A DNA stretch of 64,000 nucleotides, taken from positions 144,463 to 208,462 of the forward strand of contig CAWCKP010000008.1 of NCBI GenBank assembly GCA_963796165.1. The letters run 5' to 3'. The notes under the pieces are model-generated. The model was not told the origin of the DNA. It searched no databases and saw nothing but the letters and a program-made list of their open reading frames with translations. The translations under genes were made by a program, and so were the position numbers. Positions within the stretch are counted from its first letter, which is position 1. Every line of letters begins with the position of its first letter. Positions 20,022 to 32,490 of the stretch are shown here, piece after piece. The stretch comes from an uncultured Acidobacteriota bacterium. Its GTDB lineage: Bacteria > Acidobacteriota > Terriglobia > Acidiferrales > UBA7541.

Positions 20022-20755
20022 CGGCCGTCTCCCGAGACTTGCACGAAAATATCTTCGAGGTTGGGTGTGGCGTAGCGCGCGCGCAGCTCTTCGAGGGTGC
20101 CTTCGGCGCGGACTTTGCCGCTGTGAATGATGCCGATGCGGTCGCACAGCTTTTCGGCTTCGGTCATCACGTGGGTGGAGAAGATCACCGTCTTGCCCTG
20201 GCTGCGGCACTGGCGAATGAAATCGGTGATGGAGCGGGCGGCCATGACGTCCAGACCGTTGGTGGGCTCGTCGAAGATCATCACCGGCGGGTCGTGAATG
20301 ATAGTGCGCGCGATGGAAACCTTTTGCTTCATGCCGGTGGAGAGCTTGGCGCAGCGGCGATCGCGAAATTCTTCCATGTCCAGGGTCCTGAAGATTTCGG
20401 CGGTGCGCCGGGCGATGGTGGCGGAGTCGAGGCCGAAGAGCTGCCCGAAGTATTCGACCGTTTCCACGGCGGTCAAGCGGTCGTACAACGCGGTAGCGGT
20501 GGAAAGAAACCCGATGTGCGCGCGGACTTTGGCTGGTTCGCGAACCACGTCGAACCCCGCCACCGTGGCCGCCCCGGCGGTGGGCGCCAGAATCGTCGCG
20601 AGCATGCGCAAGGTGGTGGTTTTGCCGGCGCCGTTGGCCCCCAGCAAACCGTAGATTTGTCCGGGTTCGCAGCGGAAGCTAACCGAATCAACGGCCCGGA
20701 CTTCGCCGCGCTTCTTATCGTTGAAAACTTTGCTTAGTTCGCGCGCTTCGATCAT
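20018..20755 (-). CDS. ABC transporter ATP-binding protein
   Basis: Walker A GANGAGKTT, signature LSTGMKQKV, Walker B VMIFDEPT. Confidence 0.9.
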   Translation of the reverse strand: MIEARELSKVFNDKKRGEVRAVDSVSFRCEPGQIYGLLGANGAGKTTTLRMLATILAPTAGAATVAGFDVVREPAKVRAHIGFLSTATALYDRLTAVETVEYFGQLFGLDSATIARRTAEIFRTLDMEEFRDRRCAKLSTGMKQKVSIARTIIHDPPVMIFDEPTNGLDVMAARSITDFIRQCRSQGKTVIFSTHVMTEAEKLCDRIGIIHSGKVRAEGTLEELRARYATPNLEDIFVQVSGDGR

Positions 20756-21195
20756 GTTTGCTGCGCCTCTTTTTCAATCATCAGATATCGAGCTCGTACA
20801 CCTTAGGTGTTGCGCCGCCGGGGTGGTCTCAGGACATCCTTTACACTTACAATTGGTCGCCGCTTGCCCAAAACGGTGCCCCACGGCGCGGATGCAATTT
20901 TACAAGTCGGCCGTTTCGAGATACGTTTCCTGACTTGCCATAGGCGTCCGATTTTCTCTACATTCGTTCACGTAGAGCTCGTTCCTTTCCGCGGCAGAGT
21001 AGCATTAGGTGGGAAGCGTTGGTAGAGATCACTTCGGTGGACATTTTGGGGGGCATCGCAGGGCCGGCGAAGAGTGGGCACGCGAAAAGGACAAGAGCGT
21101 CGAAGCCGTGGAATCTGAGGTGGACGGCTCGCAACCAAGAATGGTTATGTCACGTCCTCAGACCGCGGCAGACCGCGGAGACCGCGGCGCACGAT

Positions 21196-21225
21196 TTGCT
21201 TGTATGGAGGCGCGTGACGTAAAAT
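21196..21225 (+). promoter_or_regulatory. sigma70-like promoter of kinase paralog 1
   Basis: TTGCTT, 18-nt spacer, TAAAAT. The conserved GTG start is at 21236, 10 nt after the -10 box. Confidence 0.5.
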
Positions 21226-21235
21226 GCTCGGGCCA

Positions 21236-23488
21236 GTGGCTGATACCTCTCCCATCATCGGTCGTACTATTTCGCGGTACCGGGTCCTGGAAAAGATCGG
21301 CGGCGGGGGAATGGGTGTGGTCTACAAAGCCGAGGACCTGAATCTCGGGCGGTTCGTCGCCCTCAAATTTCTTCCCAGCGAGGTCTCCAAGGATGCCACG
21401 GCGCTGGAGCGATTCCGGCGGGAAGCTCGCGCCGCATCGGCGCTGAACCATCCCAGCATCTGCACCATTCATGAAATCGACGAGCGCGACGGCCAGTGCT
21501 TCATCGCTATGGAGTTTCTCGACGGCCAAACTTTGAAGCATCGCATCAGCGGGCGGCCGCTGCCGCTGGAGCTACTACTGGACGTGGGCGTTCAGATTTC
21601 CGACGCGCTCGACGCCGCGCACTCCGAAGGGATCATTCATCGCGACATTAAGCCCGCGAACATCTTTCTCACCAAGCGCGGGCAGGTGAAGATTCTGGAT
21701 TTTGGCTTAGCGAAATCGATGGCGCCAGCGTCGCCCTTGATTTCGGCGACCGAGGATTTTCGCGGGGTGGGCCCCGAAGATCTCACCAGTCCCGGGAGCA
21801 CACTGGGAACAGTCGCGTACATGTCGCCGGAACAGGCGCGGGCCTCGGAGCTGGATGCGCGTTCCGATATTTTTTCGTTCGGCACGGTGCTGTATGAGAT
21901 GGCCACCGGTACGTTGCCGTTCCGCGGAGAGAGCAGCGCGGTGATTTTCGAAGCCATTCTGAGCCGAACGCCGACCCCGCCGGAGCGCTTGAACCACGAC
22001 CTGCCCGCAAAGCTTTCCGAGGTGATCGAGAAGGCGCTGGAGAAAGACCCGGACCTGCGCTGCCAGACAGCCGCGGAGCTCCGCGCCGACCTGAAGCGAC
22101 TCAAGCGCGATATAAATTCGAGCCGCCACCCTTCGGCCGAGAAGACGGACACCTCGAAGTCCAACCCAATCGTGACGGCCTCGACCATTAAGTCGGTTGC
22201 GGTGCTCTATTTCGAAAATCAAAGCGGCAACAAGGAAGACGAATATCTGCGCGACGGAATCACGGAAGACGTAATCACCGAGCTCTCCAAGATTCGCGGC
22301 CTGAACATCTTTTCCCGTCCTACCGTTCTAGCTTTCCGCGACAAGCCGGTTACCCCCACGCAGATCGGCAAGCAACTCGGCGCGGCGTATGTGCTCACCG
22401 GCACTTTGCGGCGCGCCGGCGCTCGCTTGCGGATCAATACCCAACTGGTGGATACGCAGACCGATTTTCCGGTGTGGTCGGAGCGGTTCGACCGTGAAAT
22501 GAAGGACGTCTTCGAAGTTCAGGACGAAATGGCCCGCAAGATCGCCGAGGCGCTGCGGGTCACGCTTTCGCCGCAGGAGCTCGAAGCCCTGGCCACCAAG
22601 CCCACGGAAAACTTGCAAGCCTACGACCTCTACTTGCGCGGCAAGCGCTATGCGCGGCGGCAGACTCGCCAGGACCTTGAATTCGCGCTGCAGATGTTCG
22701 AGAACGCGGTCGCCATCGACCCCAGTTTCGCGCTGGCCTACGCCGCCTGCGCGAACGCCTGCGCCATGTTCTATTGCAACTATAGCCGCGAGCAGTTGTG
22801 GGTGGACCGCGCGCGGGAGGCTTCCGGCAAAGCGGTGGCGCTGCGCTGGGACCTGCCCGAAGTGCAGGTGAGCCAAGCGTGGGTGCTGTACGCTGCCGAA
22901 CTGCATGACGAAGCGGTACGCATGGTGAGAAAGGCCCTGGAACGCAAGCGCGACTGCGAAGGCGCGTCCTACCTGCTGTGCCGGTCCCTTTTTGCATCGG
23001 GACGCTATCAAGAAGTGGTGGATGTTGCGGATGCCGCGATCGAAGCAAGCGGTGAGGACTACAACGTTTTTGTGCCGATACTGAACTCGATGGGCGCACT
23101 GGGCAAAGAAGAAGCCCGACGCGAGATGACCAAGCGAAGAATGGCGACGCTCGAAAACCACTTGAAACAAGTGCCGGAAGACGCGCGGGCGCGGGTCCTG
23201 TTGGCCGGTTGCTACGTCGAATGGGGCCGGGTGGAAGATACGCTGCGCGAACTCGGCATGGCGCTCACGCTGCGCGCCAACGAAGCCTCGATTCTCTACA
23301 ATGCAGCTTGCGTCTATTGCAAGCTGCAAAGAAAGGCGGAAGCGCTGGATGCCCTGCGCAAGGCCTGGGACGCAGGTTTTCAAGACTCGGTTTGGGCGCG
23401 TCGCGACCCGGACCTAGCCCTACTTCATGGGGACCCAGAGTTCGAGCGGTTGTACCCTGAAAAACCGGCGTCCGCCGGATCGCGCTAG
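21236..23488 (+). CDS. Ser/Thr protein kinase with central alpha/beta module and C-terminal TPR repeats (paralog K1)
   Basis: [42 protein letters not shown]. Middle module [13 protein letters not shown]...ITEDVITEL...[27 protein letters not shown]-like C-terminus. The start is chosen at the position conserved in all four paralogs. Confidence 0.9.
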   Translation: MADTSPIIGRTISRYRVLEKIGGGGMGVVYKAEDLNLGRFVALKFLPSEVSKDATALERFRREARAASALNHPSICTIHEIDERDGQCFIAMEFLDGQTLKHRISGRPLPLELLLDVGVQISDALDAAHSEGIIHRDIKPANIFLTKRGQVKILDFGLAKSMAPASPLISATEDFRGVGPEDLTSPGSTLGTVAYMSPEQARASELDARSDIFSFGTVLYEMATGTLPFRGESSAVIFEAILSRTPTPPERLNHDLPAKLSEVIEKALEKDPDLRCQTAAELRADLKRLKRDINSSRHPSAEKTDTSKSNPIVTASTIKSVAVLYFENQSGNKEDEYLRDGITEDVITELSKIRGLNIFSRPTVLAFRDKPVTPTQIGKQLGAAYVLTGTLRRAGARLRINTQLVDTQTDFPVWSERFDREMKDVFEVQDEMARKIAEALRVTLSPQELEALATKPTENLQAYDLYLRGKRYARRQTRQDLEFALQMFENAVAIDPSFALAYAACANACAMFYCNYSREQLWVDRAREASGKAVALRWDLPEVQVSQAWVLYAAELHDEAVRMVRKALERKRDCEGASYLLCRSLFASGRYQEVVDVADAAIEASGEDYNVFVPILNSMGALGKEEARREMTKRRMATLENHLKQVPEDARARVLLAGCYVEWGRVEDTLRELGMALTLRANEASILYNAACVYCKLQRKAEALDALRKAWDAGFQDSVWARRDPDLALLHGDPEFERLYPEKPASAGSR

Positions 23489-23566
23489 TTCGTCCGTTTC
23501 TTTGACTTACCGTTTCGCCAAACCAAAAATACAAGTGTCGGTGGCGGGTGCATTTTTCGGTTTGGG

Positions 23567-23712
<146 letters not shown>

Positions 23713-24289
23713 GCCGCCTTCGGTGGACCGCTGCAAGGGCTAAGGCAATTGCAACGGCAAGGGCAACGGTGAGAGCTTGAGGTTGAGGTGGTGGTCGGAT
23801 TTGGAGTTTGGAGGCGGAGTGCGTTTGGATGTTTTTCCGCCACGATTGGCGGCGCCTGTATCTTGACGATGGAGCGAAACTCGTTGAGGAGTAATTGGCG
23901 AGTAGCCCCGGCGAGGGAGGCCGTGGCGGGGCGAGGCCTGGAATGAAAGTTCCAAGACCCTGAGTCAGTAGATCGGCCCCCCGCCCTAGTTTCCGAAAAC
24001 TGAAGAGAATCACAGGCCACTAGAGCCTGCATTTACAAGCTCAGTTGGAAACCGCGCAGGGTCGGGGAGCCGGAGCCACAGCCTACTCCGCGGAGGCGGT
24101 GATGGACAGATGGAAGTGTGGGAAGGGGAAGTCGTCGGGCTGGAAGTGAGTGCGGAGGAATTGGTGGTAGCACGGGAAGGAAAAAACAGAGTAGTGTGAA
24201 GTTTTGCGAATACCCCGCAGGGCATCCCGAGCTGATCCAGACCCTCACCCGCGGGGGAAGCGGGTGAGAGTGGTTATGGAAACGACGCG

Positions 24290-24445
24290 ATGGCATTGAG
24301 TGACGCGGGAGGAATCGAGGTGATGGTGGCGAACCCGCGGGCAGTGCGGAATTTTGCGAAAGCGATGATGCCGCGGAGCAAAAGCGATCGTCTGGATGCG
24401 GTGGTGTTGCGGGAGTTGGGGGCACGTATGCGGTTCAAGCGACTT
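24290..24445 (+). pseudogene. IS110-family transposase N-terminal domain fragment
   Basis: ORF 24290..24502 reads LSDAGGIEVMVANPRAVRNFAKAMMPRSKSDRLDAVVLRELG. This matches the DEDD_Tnp_IS110 pattern G.eV.vvNPr.vr.FAka....KtD..DA.vLa. No remainder of the transposase is present. Confidence 0.5.
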
Positions 24446-24476
24446 TTGGCCGATGCGAGCGTCGGGGCAACCCCGA

Positions 24477-24505
24477 TTGCCTGTGTCGAGGCGCTGGCGT
24501 AGAAT
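24477..24505 (+). promoter_or_regulatory. sigma70-like promoter of kinase paralog 2
   Basis: TTGCCT, 17-nt spacer, TAGAAT. GTG start at 24515, 9 nt after the -10 box. Confidence 0.5.
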
Positions 24506-24514
24506 ACGCGGCCA

Positions 24515-26788
24515 GTGGCGGATACTCCATCCATTGTCGGCCGCAGCATCTCGCACTACGCTGTCCTGGAAAAACTGGGCGGCGGAGGCATGGGGGTAGT
24601 CTACAAAGCCAAGGACACCCGCCTGGGCCGCAGTGTGGCCCTGAAATTCCTCCCTGACGATATTTCCCATGACGCCCAAGCCATCGAGCGATTCCGCCGC
24701 GAAGCGCGCGCTGCTTCCGCGCTCAATCACCCCAACATCTGCACCATTCACGATATTGGAGAATTCGAAGATCGGCCGTTTATCGCGATGGAGCTGCTCG
24801 AGGGCCAAACTCTCAAGCACCGTATTGCCGGGAAGCCCATCGAAATATCGGACCTCTTGCAGTTAGGCATTCAGATCGCTAACGGGCTCGATGCGGCGCA
24901 CTCGAAGGGCATCGTGCACCGCGACATCAAGCCAGCGAATATTTTTCTGGTGGATCGCGGGCAGGCAAAGATTCTGGATTTCGGTCTGGCCAAGGTAGCG
25001 TCTGCGCTGCGCCACGCCGCTGGAGAGTCGGCCAGCGTCACATCCATGCGCACGAATTCGCATTTGCTCAGTGACGACCAACTGACCAGTCCGGGCAGCT
25101 CGATGGGCACGGTGGCGTACATGTCTCCGGAACAAGCGCTAGGCGAAGAACTGGACGCCCGGTCGGACTTGTTTTCGCTCGGGGTGGTGCTTTACGAGAT
25201 GGCTACCGGCGCGGTTCCGTTTTCCGGCGCCACCTCCGCGGTGATTTTCGACGCACTTCTGCATGGCACACCGGCACCCGCGAAGGAGTCAAATGCGCGC
25301 CTGCCTGTAGCCATTGACAACATTCTCGCCAAAGCGCTCGAGAAGGACCGCGAGATGCGCTACCAGAGCGCTGCCGAACTTCGCGCGGACCTGAAGCGCC
25401 TGAGTCGCGACATTGAATCCAGCCGGAGGCCCGCCGCCGAGAAGAGCGCTTCGGGCTCCAGCGCGCCGGGTTCCGGCACGCACCCGGCGGCCGCTCAGCA
25501 AAAATCGGTCGCGGTGCTGTACTTCGAAAACCAGAGTGGCGCGAAAGAGGATGAATACTTCCGCGACGGAATTACCGAAGACATCGTCACCGAGCTGTTG
25601 AAGATCAAGCAATTGCAGATCTTTCCCCGTTCGGAGATGCTTGCCTTCCGCGATAAGCAGGTTACCGCCCTTCACGTGGGCCAGCAGCTTGGCGCCGCCT
25701 ACGTGCTGGAAGGTTCGATCCGCCGCTCGGGTAACCGCGTGCGGATCACCGCGCAGTTGGTCGAGGCCTCGACCCGGCATTCGGTGTGGGCCGAGCGCTA
25801 CGACCGCCAATTGGAAGACGTGTTCGCCATCCAGGAGGAAATCGCGCGGAGCATCGCGCAGGCCCTGCGCATCACCCTAACGCCGCAGGAAGAAAAAACC
25901 ATCGCGCGCAAGCCCACCGAAAACCCCCAGGCCTACGATTTTTATCTGAGGGGAAGAAGCTACTCGCGCCGCGAAAATATCGACTACGGCCTGCAGATGT
26001 TTGAACAGGCCATTCAGGTGGACCCCGATTTTGCTCTGGCGCACGCCGGGATCGCTAACCTCTGCGGGCTCATCTACGAAATTCGCGAGCAGAACCCCAA
26101 ATGGATCGAGCGGGGATTGGCTGCCTGCGACCGCGCCACCGCGCTTGCGCCCGACCTGCCGGAGGTGCTGGTGGCGCACGCCCGCCTCTTTTACGCGCAG
26201 AAGAAATTTCACGACGCCGCGCTGCTGGCCCAGCATGCCATCGAGCGCAAGCCAGACTGTGAAGGAGTCTGGAACATTCTCGGCCGGACCTTTTTCGCCT
26301 CCGGCCGTTACGAAGAGGCCGCAGCGCTGACCGGGCGGGCCATCGAAGCCAACGGCGATGACTACAATACTTATATTCCCTATCTCAACGCCCTGGAACT
26401 GCTGGGACGCAAGAAGGACGCGGAGCACGTCCGCGATCAGATGATCAAGGTCCTCCGCCAACAGCTCGAGCTGGTGCCGGAAGACGTGCGCGCGCGCATC
26501 TTGTTGGCCGGCAACCTCGCCTACTTGAAACAAGACGCGGACGAGACCATCCGCCAGTTGCAGACCGCGGTTGCGCTTCGGCCCGGCGATCCTAACACCC
26601 TTTACAATGCCGCCTGCACTTACGGTATCCTTGGGAAAAAGGCAGAAGCGCTGGACACCATTAAGAAGGCGTTTGCAGCAGGCTACAGCAACCCTGGTTG
26701 GGCTGCCACCGACACCGATCTCGATCTTCTGCACGACGACCCTGAATTCCAGAAACTCGTCGGCCGCAGCGAACGCCCCGCGTCGTAG
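24515..26788 (+). CDS. Ser/Thr protein kinase with central alpha/beta module and TPR repeats (paralog K2)
   Basis: Same architecture as K1. [16 protein letters not shown]. The most divergent kinase domain of the four. The C-terminal half is close to K3 and K4. Confidence 0.9.
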   Translation: MADTPSIVGRSISHYAVLEKLGGGGMGVVYKAKDTRLGRSVALKFLPDDISHDAQAIERFRREARAASALNHPNICTIHDIGEFEDRPFIAMELLEGQTLKHRIAGKPIEISDLLQLGIQIANGLDAAHSKGIVHRDIKPANIFLVDRGQAKILDFGLAKVASALRHAAGESASVTSMRTNSHLLSDDQLTSPGSSMGTVAYMSPEQALGEELDARSDLFSLGVVLYEMATGAVPFSGATSAVIFDALLHGTPAPAKESNARLPVAIDNILAKALEKDREMRYQSAAELRADLKRLSRDIESSRRPAAEKSASGSSAPGSGTHPAAAQQKSVAVLYFENQSGAKEDEYFRDGITEDIVTELLKIKQLQIFPRSEMLAFRDKQVTALHVGQQLGAAYVLEGSIRRSGNRVRITAQLVEASTRHSVWAERYDRQLEDVFAIQEEIARSIAQALRITLTPQEEKTIARKPTENPQAYDFYLRGRSYSRRENIDYGLQMFEQAIQVDPDFALAHAGIANLCGLIYEIREQNPKWIERGLAACDRATALAPDLPEVLVAHARLFYAQKKFHDAALLAQHAIERKPDCEGVWNILGRTFFASGRYEEAAALTGRAIEANGDDYNTYIPYLNALELLGRKKDAEHVRDQMIKVLRQQLELVPEDVRARILLAGNLAYLKQDADETIRQLQTAVALRPGDPNTLYNAACTYGILGKKAEALDTIKKAFAAGYSNPGWAATDTDLDLLHDDPEFQKLVGRSERPAS

Positions 26789-26819
26789 GACGTAGCTGTT
26801 CTCATCCAGTGGCGCGCGA

Positions 26820-26848
26820 TTGCCTGCATCGAGGCGCTGGCGTAGAAT
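26820..26848 (+). promoter_or_regulatory. sigma70-like promoter of kinase paralog 3
   Basis: TTGCCT, 17-nt spacer, TAGAAT. ATG at 26859, 10 nt after the -10 box. Confidence 0.5.
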
Positions 26849-26858
26849 GCACGGGCCA

Positions 26859-29084
26859 ATGGCTGATACCTCTCCCATCATCGGCCGCACCATCTCGCGT
26901 TACCGCATCCTGGAAAAGATCGGCGGCGGGGGCATGGGTGTGGTCTACAAAGCCGAGGACTTGAATCTCGGCCGCGTAATCGCCCTGAAGTTTCTTCCCA
27001 ACGATGTCTCCACGGATGCCACTGCGCTGGAGCGATTCCGCCGCGAAGCTCGCGCCGCATCGGCACTCAACCATCCCAGCATTTGCACCATTCATGAAAT
27101 TGACGAACGCGACGGCCAATGGTTTATCGCCATGGAGTTTCTCGACGGCCTGACCCTGAAGCATCGCATCAGCGGCAAGCCGCTCCCGTTGGAGCTGCTA
27201 CTCGACGTGGGCATCCAGATTTCCGACGCGCTGGATGCGGCGCACTCGGAAGGGATCATTCATCGCGACATCAAGCCCGCGAATATCTTCATCACCAAGC
27301 GCGGGGTGGTGAAGATCCTCGATTTTGGTTTGGCGAAAACGCTGGCGACGGCATCCCCGTTGATCTCAGCGACCGAGGATTTTGTTTCCCCCGAACATCT
27401 CACCAGTCCGGGTAGCACCCTGGGAACGGTGGCGTACATGTCGCCGGAACAGGCGCGGGCCCGCGAGTTGGATGCGCGCTCGGACATCTTCTCGTTCGGT
27501 ACCGTGCTGTACGAGATGGCCACCGGCAGCTTGCCCTTCCGCGGCGAGAGTACCGCGGTGATTTTCGAAGCTCTTCTCAGCCGAGCGCCAATTCCGGCAG
27601 TGCGTTTGAACCCGGAACTGCCGGCGAAGCTCGGAGAGATTATCGAGAAAGCGCTCGAGAAAGACCCCGACCTGCGCTGCCAGACGGCTGCCGAACTCCG
27701 CACCGACCTGAAACGCCTGAAGCGTGACACCGAATCCAGCCGCTCGCCCGCGGAGAAGAGCGCCTCGGCCTCGGGGGCGCATCCGTCCGCGTCCCAACAA
27801 AAATCAGTCGCGGTGCTGTACTTCGAAAACCAGGGTGGCGCGAAAGAGGACGAATACTTCCGCGACGGGATTACTGAGGATGTCGTCACCGAGCTCCTGA
27901 AGATCAAACAACTGCGAATCTTCCCGCGCTCCGAGATGCTTGCATTCCGCGACAAGCCAGTAACCGCGTTACAGGCGGGCCAGCAACTCGGCGCCGCCTA
28001 TGTCCTGGAAGGCTCGATCCGCCGCGCCGGCAATCGCGTGCGGATCACCGCACAACTGGTGGAAGGCTCGACGCGGACGTCCGTCTGGGCCGAGCGCTAC
28101 GACCGCCAACTGGAAGACGTGTTCGCCATCCAGGAGGAAATCGCGCGCAGTATCGCCCAGGCTTTGCGCATCACGCTTACGCCGCAGGAAGAAAAAAACT
28201 TCGCGCGCAAGCCCACAGAAAACCCCCAAGCGTATGATTTTTATCTAAGGGGAAGAAGCTACTCGCGGCGCGAAAATATCGACTACGGCCTGCAGATGTT
28301 CGAACAAGCCATCCAGCTTGACCCCAATTTCGCCCTGGCGCACGGCGGAATTGCCCAGCTGTGCGGGCGGATCTACGAGACTCGCGAGCAGGACCCGAAG
28401 TGGATCGAGCGGGGATTGGCTGCCTGTGACCGAGCCGCTGCCCTGGCACCCGACCTGCCGGAAGTGCTGGTCGCACACGCGCGCATGTTTTATGCGCAGA
28501 AGAAATACGACCAAGCCGCGACGCTGGCCCAGCGCGCGATCGAACACAAGAACGACTGTGAAGGATCCTGGAACCTGCTGGGCCGATCCTATTTCGCCTC
28601 CGGCCGTTTTGAGGAAGCTGCCGCGCTCACCGAGCGGGCGCTGGAAGCCAATGGAGACGACTACAACACCTTTATTCCATACTCGGGCGCCCTCAATCGG
28701 TTGGGGCGTAAAAGGGAGGCGGCAGATGTCCGGAGGCGCATGACCGGGGTCCTGCGACAACAATTGGAACTGGTTCCGGAGGACGTGCGCGCCCGCATCC
28801 TGCTGGCGGTCAACCTTGCCAATTTTGGGGAGCCGGAGGAAAGCGTCCGGCACCTGCAGACCGCCGTCGCCCTGCGCCCCAACGATAGCAATACTCTCTA
28901 CAATGCTGCGTGCACCTACGGCGTGCTTGGGAAAAAGGCAGAAGCGCTCGAGACGCTAAAAAGGGCCTTTGCCGCCGGATACGGCCTAAGAGATTGGGCC
29001 GCCAAAGATCCCGATCTCGATTGCCTGCACGACGACCCTGAATTCCAGAAATTAGTCGCCCGCAGCGAACACCCCGCGTCGTAG
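26859..29084 (+). CDS. Ser/Thr protein kinase with central alpha/beta module and TPR repeats (paralog K3)
   Basis: Same architecture. The N-terminal ~245 codons are almost identical to K4. Confidence 0.9.
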   Translation: MADTSPIIGRTISRYRILEKIGGGGMGVVYKAEDLNLGRVIALKFLPNDVSTDATALERFRREARAASALNHPSICTIHEIDERDGQWFIAMEFLDGLTLKHRISGKPLPLELLLDVGIQISDALDAAHSEGIIHRDIKPANIFITKRGVVKILDFGLAKTLATASPLISATEDFVSPEHLTSPGSTLGTVAYMSPEQARARELDARSDIFSFGTVLYEMATGSLPFRGESTAVIFEALLSRAPIPAVRLNPELPAKLGEIIEKALEKDPDLRCQTAAELRTDLKRLKRDTESSRSPAEKSASASGAHPSASQQKSVAVLYFENQGGAKEDEYFRDGITEDVVTELLKIKQLRIFPRSEMLAFRDKPVTALQAGQQLGAAYVLEGSIRRAGNRVRITAQLVEGSTRTSVWAERYDRQLEDVFAIQEEIARSIAQALRITLTPQEEKNFARKPTENPQAYDFYLRGRSYSRRENIDYGLQMFEQAIQLDPNFALAHGGIAQLCGRIYETREQDPKWIERGLAACDRAAALAPDLPEVLVAHARMFYAQKKYDQAATLAQRAIEHKNDCEGSWNLLGRSYFASGRFEEAAALTERALEANGDDYNTFIPYSGALNRLGRKREAADVRRRMTGVLRQQLELVPEDVRARILLAVNLANFGEPEESVRHLQTAVALRPNDSNTLYNAACTYGVLGKKAEALETLKRAFAAGYGLRDWAAKDPDLDCLHDDPEFQKLVARSEHPAS

Positions 29085-29123
29085 GGCCTAGCTGTTCTGA
29101 TCCAGTGATCCAGTGGCGCACGA

Positions 29124-29152
29124 TTGCCTGCATCGAGACGCTGGCGTAGAAT
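29124..29152 (+). promoter_or_regulatory. sigma70-like promoter of kinase paralog 4
   Basis: TTGCCT, 17-nt spacer, TAGAAT. ATG at 29163, 10 nt after the -10 box. Confidence 0.5.
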
Positions 29153-29162
29153 GCACGGGCTA

Positions 29163-31382
29163 ATGGCTGATACCTCTCCCATCATCGGCCGCACCATCTC
29201 GCGTTACCGCATCCTGGAAAAGATCGGCGGCGGGGGCATGGGTGTGGTCTACAAAGCCGAGGACTTGAATCTCGGCCGCGTAATCGCCCTAAAGTTTCTT
29301 CCCAACGATGTCTCCGCGGATGCCACTGCGCTGGAGCGATTCCGCCGCGAAGCTCGCGCCGCATCGGCACTCAACCATCCCAGCATTTGCACCATTCATG
29401 AAATTGACGAACGCGACGGCCAATGGTTTATCGCCATGGAGTTTCTCGACGGCCTGACCCTGAAGCATCGCATCAGCGGCAAGCCGCTCCCGTTGGAGCT
29501 GCTACTCGACGTGGGCATCCAGATTTCCGACGCGCTGGATGCGGCGCACTCGGAAGGGATCATTCATCGCGACATCAAGCCCGCGAATATCTTCATCACC
29601 AAGCGCGGGGTGGTGAAGATCCTCGATTTTGGTTTGGCGAAAACGCTGGCGACGGCATCCCCGTTGATCTCAGCGACCGAGGATTTTGTTTCCCCCGAAC
29701 ATCTCACCAGTCCGGGTAGCACCCTGGGAACGGTGGCGTACATGTCGCCGGAACAGGCGCGGGCCCGCGAGTTGGATGCGCGCTCGGACATCTTCTCGTT
29801 CGGCACCGTGTTGTACGAGATGGCCACCGGCAGCTTGCCCTTCCGCGGCGAGAGTACCGCGGTGATTTTCGAAGCCATTCTCAGCCGAGCGCCAATTCCG
29901 GCAGTGCGTTTGAACCCGGAACTGCCGGCGAAGCTCGGAGAGATTATCGAGAAGGCGCTCGAGAAAGACCCCGGCCTGCGCTGCCAGACGGCTGCCGAAC
30001 TCCGCGCCGACCTCAAGCGCCTCGGTCGCGACATCGAATCCAGCCGTCTGCCCGGTGCTGAGAAGAGCGTTCCCGGTTCCGGGGCACACGTGGTGGCAGC
30101 CAAGCAGAAATCAGTCGCGGTGCTGTACTTCGAAAACCAGAGTGGCGCGAAAGAGGACGAATATTTCCGCGACGGGATTACTGAGGATATCGTCACCGAG
30201 CTTTCTAAGATCGCGAAACTGGAAATCTTTCCCCGCTCGGAGATGCTCGGATTCCGCGACAAGCCGGTCACCGCGCAACAGGTGGGTCAGCAGCTTGGCG
30301 CCACCTATGTGCTGGAAGGTTCCATCCGCCGCGCTGGTAACCGGGTGCGCATCACCGCCCAGCTGGTGGAAGCCGCTACGCGGCATTCCGTCTGGGCCGA
30401 GCGATACGACCGGCTACTAGAAGACGTCTTCGCCATCCAGGAGGAAATCGCGCGAAGTATCGCCCAGGCCCTGCGGATTACGCTGACGCCGCAAGAAGAA
30501 AAAACCATCGCGCGCAAGCCCACCGAAAACCCCCTGGCCTACGATTTTTATTTGCGTGGACGCAGCTACACGCGCCGCGAGAATATGGACTACGGCCTGC
30601 AGATGTTCGAACAAGCCATCCAGTTGGACCCCAATTTCGCGCTGGCCCACGCCGGGATTGCGCACCTGTGCGGGATCATTTACGAGCTTCGCGAACAGAA
30701 CCCCAAATGGATTGAACGCGGACTGGCAGCCTGCGACCGAGCCACCGCGCTGGCGCCCGACACACCGGAAGTGTTGGTAGCGCTCGCGCGCATCCGCTAT
30801 GCCCAGAAGAAATATGACGAAGCTGGGCTGCTGGCCCAACGGGCCATCGGGCGCAAACCCGACTGTGAGGGATCCTGGAGTATCCTCGGCCGGGCTTATT
30901 TCACCTCGGGTCGTTACGAAGAGGCTGCGGCGCTCGTCGAACGAGCGCTCGAAGCCAACGGGGACGACTATAATGCTTATGTCCCGTATTACGGGGCGAT
31001 GGACCGCCTGGGACGAAAGAAGGAATCCGAGCATATCCGCGAGCGGATGATCAGGGTCATCCGCCAACAACTCGAGCTGGTGCCGGAAGACGTGCGTGCC
31101 CGGATCTTGCTGGCTTCCCAACTCGCCTATTTGAAACAAGACGCTGACGAGAGCATTCGCCACCTCCAGACCGCCGTCGCCCTTCGCCCCAGCGATCCCA
31201 ACACCCTCTACAACGCCGCGTGCACCTACGGCATCCTTGGCAAAAAGACGGAAGCGCTCGAGGCGCTCAAGAAGGCCTTTGCGGCCGGACATGGCAATCG
31301 GGATTGGGCAGCGCAAGATCCCGATCTCGATCTTCTGCACGACGACCCTGAATTCCAGAAGTTAGTTGGCCGCAGCGGATAG
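29163..31382 (+). CDS. Ser/Thr protein kinase with central alpha/beta module and TPR repeats (paralog K4)
   Basis: Same architecture as K1-K3. Confidence 0.9.
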   Translation: MADTSPIIGRTISRYRILEKIGGGGMGVVYKAEDLNLGRVIALKFLPNDVSADATALERFRREARAASALNHPSICTIHEIDERDGQWFIAMEFLDGLTLKHRISGKPLPLELLLDVGIQISDALDAAHSEGIIHRDIKPANIFITKRGVVKILDFGLAKTLATASPLISATEDFVSPEHLTSPGSTLGTVAYMSPEQARARELDARSDIFSFGTVLYEMATGSLPFRGESTAVIFEAILSRAPIPAVRLNPELPAKLGEIIEKALEKDPGLRCQTAAELRADLKRLGRDIESSRLPGAEKSVPGSGAHVVAAKQKSVAVLYFENQSGAKEDEYFRDGITEDIVTELSKIAKLEIFPRSEMLGFRDKPVTAQQVGQQLGATYVLEGSIRRAGNRVRITAQLVEAATRHSVWAERYDRLLEDVFAIQEEIARSIAQALRITLTPQEEKTIARKPTENPLAYDFYLRGRSYTRRENMDYGLQMFEQAIQLDPNFALAHAGIAHLCGIIYELREQNPKWIERGLAACDRATALAPDTPEVLVALARIRYAQKKYDEAGLLAQRAIGRKPDCEGSWSILGRAYFTSGRYEEAAALVERALEANGDDYNAYVPYYGAMDRLGRKKESEHIRERMIRVIRQQLELVPEDVRARILLASQLAYLKQDADESIRHLQTAVALRPSDPNTLYNAACTYGILGKKTEALEALKKAFAAGHGNRDWAAQDPDLDLLHDDPEFQKLVGRSG

Positions 31383-31492
31383 CCCGTCGTAAATCCACGT
31401 CGAGAAGGGGTTCCACGCCGAGCCATCGGTGCCCGCCGGCATCCGCAAATCCAGGTAAATCGTTGGTCGTCATTGTTCGTGGGATGATTTTT

Positions 31493-31596
31493 GATTTGGA
31501 GTTTTTTCCGACCGGAGTGTCGGGGCAGTACGCAAAACAAGGCCAAGTCGAAAACGTAGAGAACCCAGGTGTGACAATCGAAACCTGGGGCACCCA
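31493..31596. repeat. two-hairpin repeat element, copy B
   Basis: GATTTGGAGTTTTTTCCGACCGGAGTGTCGGGGCA and CCCAGGTgtgacaatcgaaACCTGGGGCACCCA. Homologous to 23567-23712. Confidence 0.6.
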
Positions 31597-31697
31597 CTTC
31601 GCTTCGCTCAGCGCCCCCATCGTCGATAAATTTGCTGGATATCCAAGAGAGAATCTAGACCGCCGGCGGTTGAAGGATGCGTCCAGAGGCAGACGGA

Positions 31698-32186
31698 CTA
31701 GGCGGCGGAGGCGGTTTTCGATTTCTGGTCCGCATCTTGCGCTGCTTTACTACGTAAGACCAGGACCGGGCACTCCGCCTGCTTGACGACTTTTTCAGCT
31801 ACAGTGCCGAAGGCCATTTCGCGCCAGCCGGTCATGCCGTGCGTGGCGATGATGATCATGTCCGTAGCGCTATGCTTGGCGATTCGTACCAGCTCCATGC
31901 CCACGTCATTCGATGTTCCGACTTCCGTCCTCACTTTGAGGTTTTTCGACGCCAGTGCGGCGGCGAGCTCGGAGAGTTGTTGCGTCGCGGTGTCGGCGAG
32001 GCTTTGGTCGTACTCGGCTTCCTTGAAGATGGACACGGCCCCGGGTAGGTCCGAAACGGCCGGAACCACATGCACGAGCAACAATTCCGCGCCGAAGCGC
32101 GAGGCCATGTCGGCGGCGACATTCAATGCCTCGCGCGAAGGCTCGCTGAAATCGATCGGGGCGAGAATCAGTTTAGGGGGCAGCAT
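31698..32186 (-). CDS. universal stress protein (UspA family)
   Basis: ILAPIDFSEPS..., MIIIATHGMTGWREMAFGTVAEKVVKQAECPVLVL. Confidence 0.85.
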   Translation of the reverse strand: MLPPKLILAPIDFSEPSREALNVAADMASRFGAELLLVHVVPAVSDLPGAVSIFKEAEYDQSLADTATQQLSELAAALASKNLKVRTEVGTSNDVGMELVRIAKHSATDMIIIATHGMTGWREMAFGTVAEKVVKQAECPVLVLRSKAAQDADQKSKTASAA

Positions 32187-32490
32187 GGTGTCGTCTTCTC
32201 CTTGGCTCCTTGGCGCCAGCGTTGCAGGTCAACCTCTGATCCTAGTCGACCGAATCTTCTCTGACGTTACGCGTCTGTTGCAGTCTGGTTAATTTTGTAG
32301 AACTGGGGAGTGGAGGTTTTTCCGGCACAATTGTTGGGCTACGAACCCAATCCGTGGCAATTGCCATGCGCAGGTTTGACTTCCAGCATCCGCGCGGTGG
32401 AAAGCTGTTGTTGAATCCGAACACGGGCGAGGTGATGGTGGACACACAGCAATAAGCGTCATTCCCTAGCGGCTTTGCCGTAGACACACG

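Noticed and set aside
18678-20075. 465-aa plus-strand ORF antisense to the ABC permease.
   Set aside because: Its composition is His/Arg/Gly-rich and not protein-like. The permease on the opposite strand has clear TM architecture and start-stop coupling to the ATPase.
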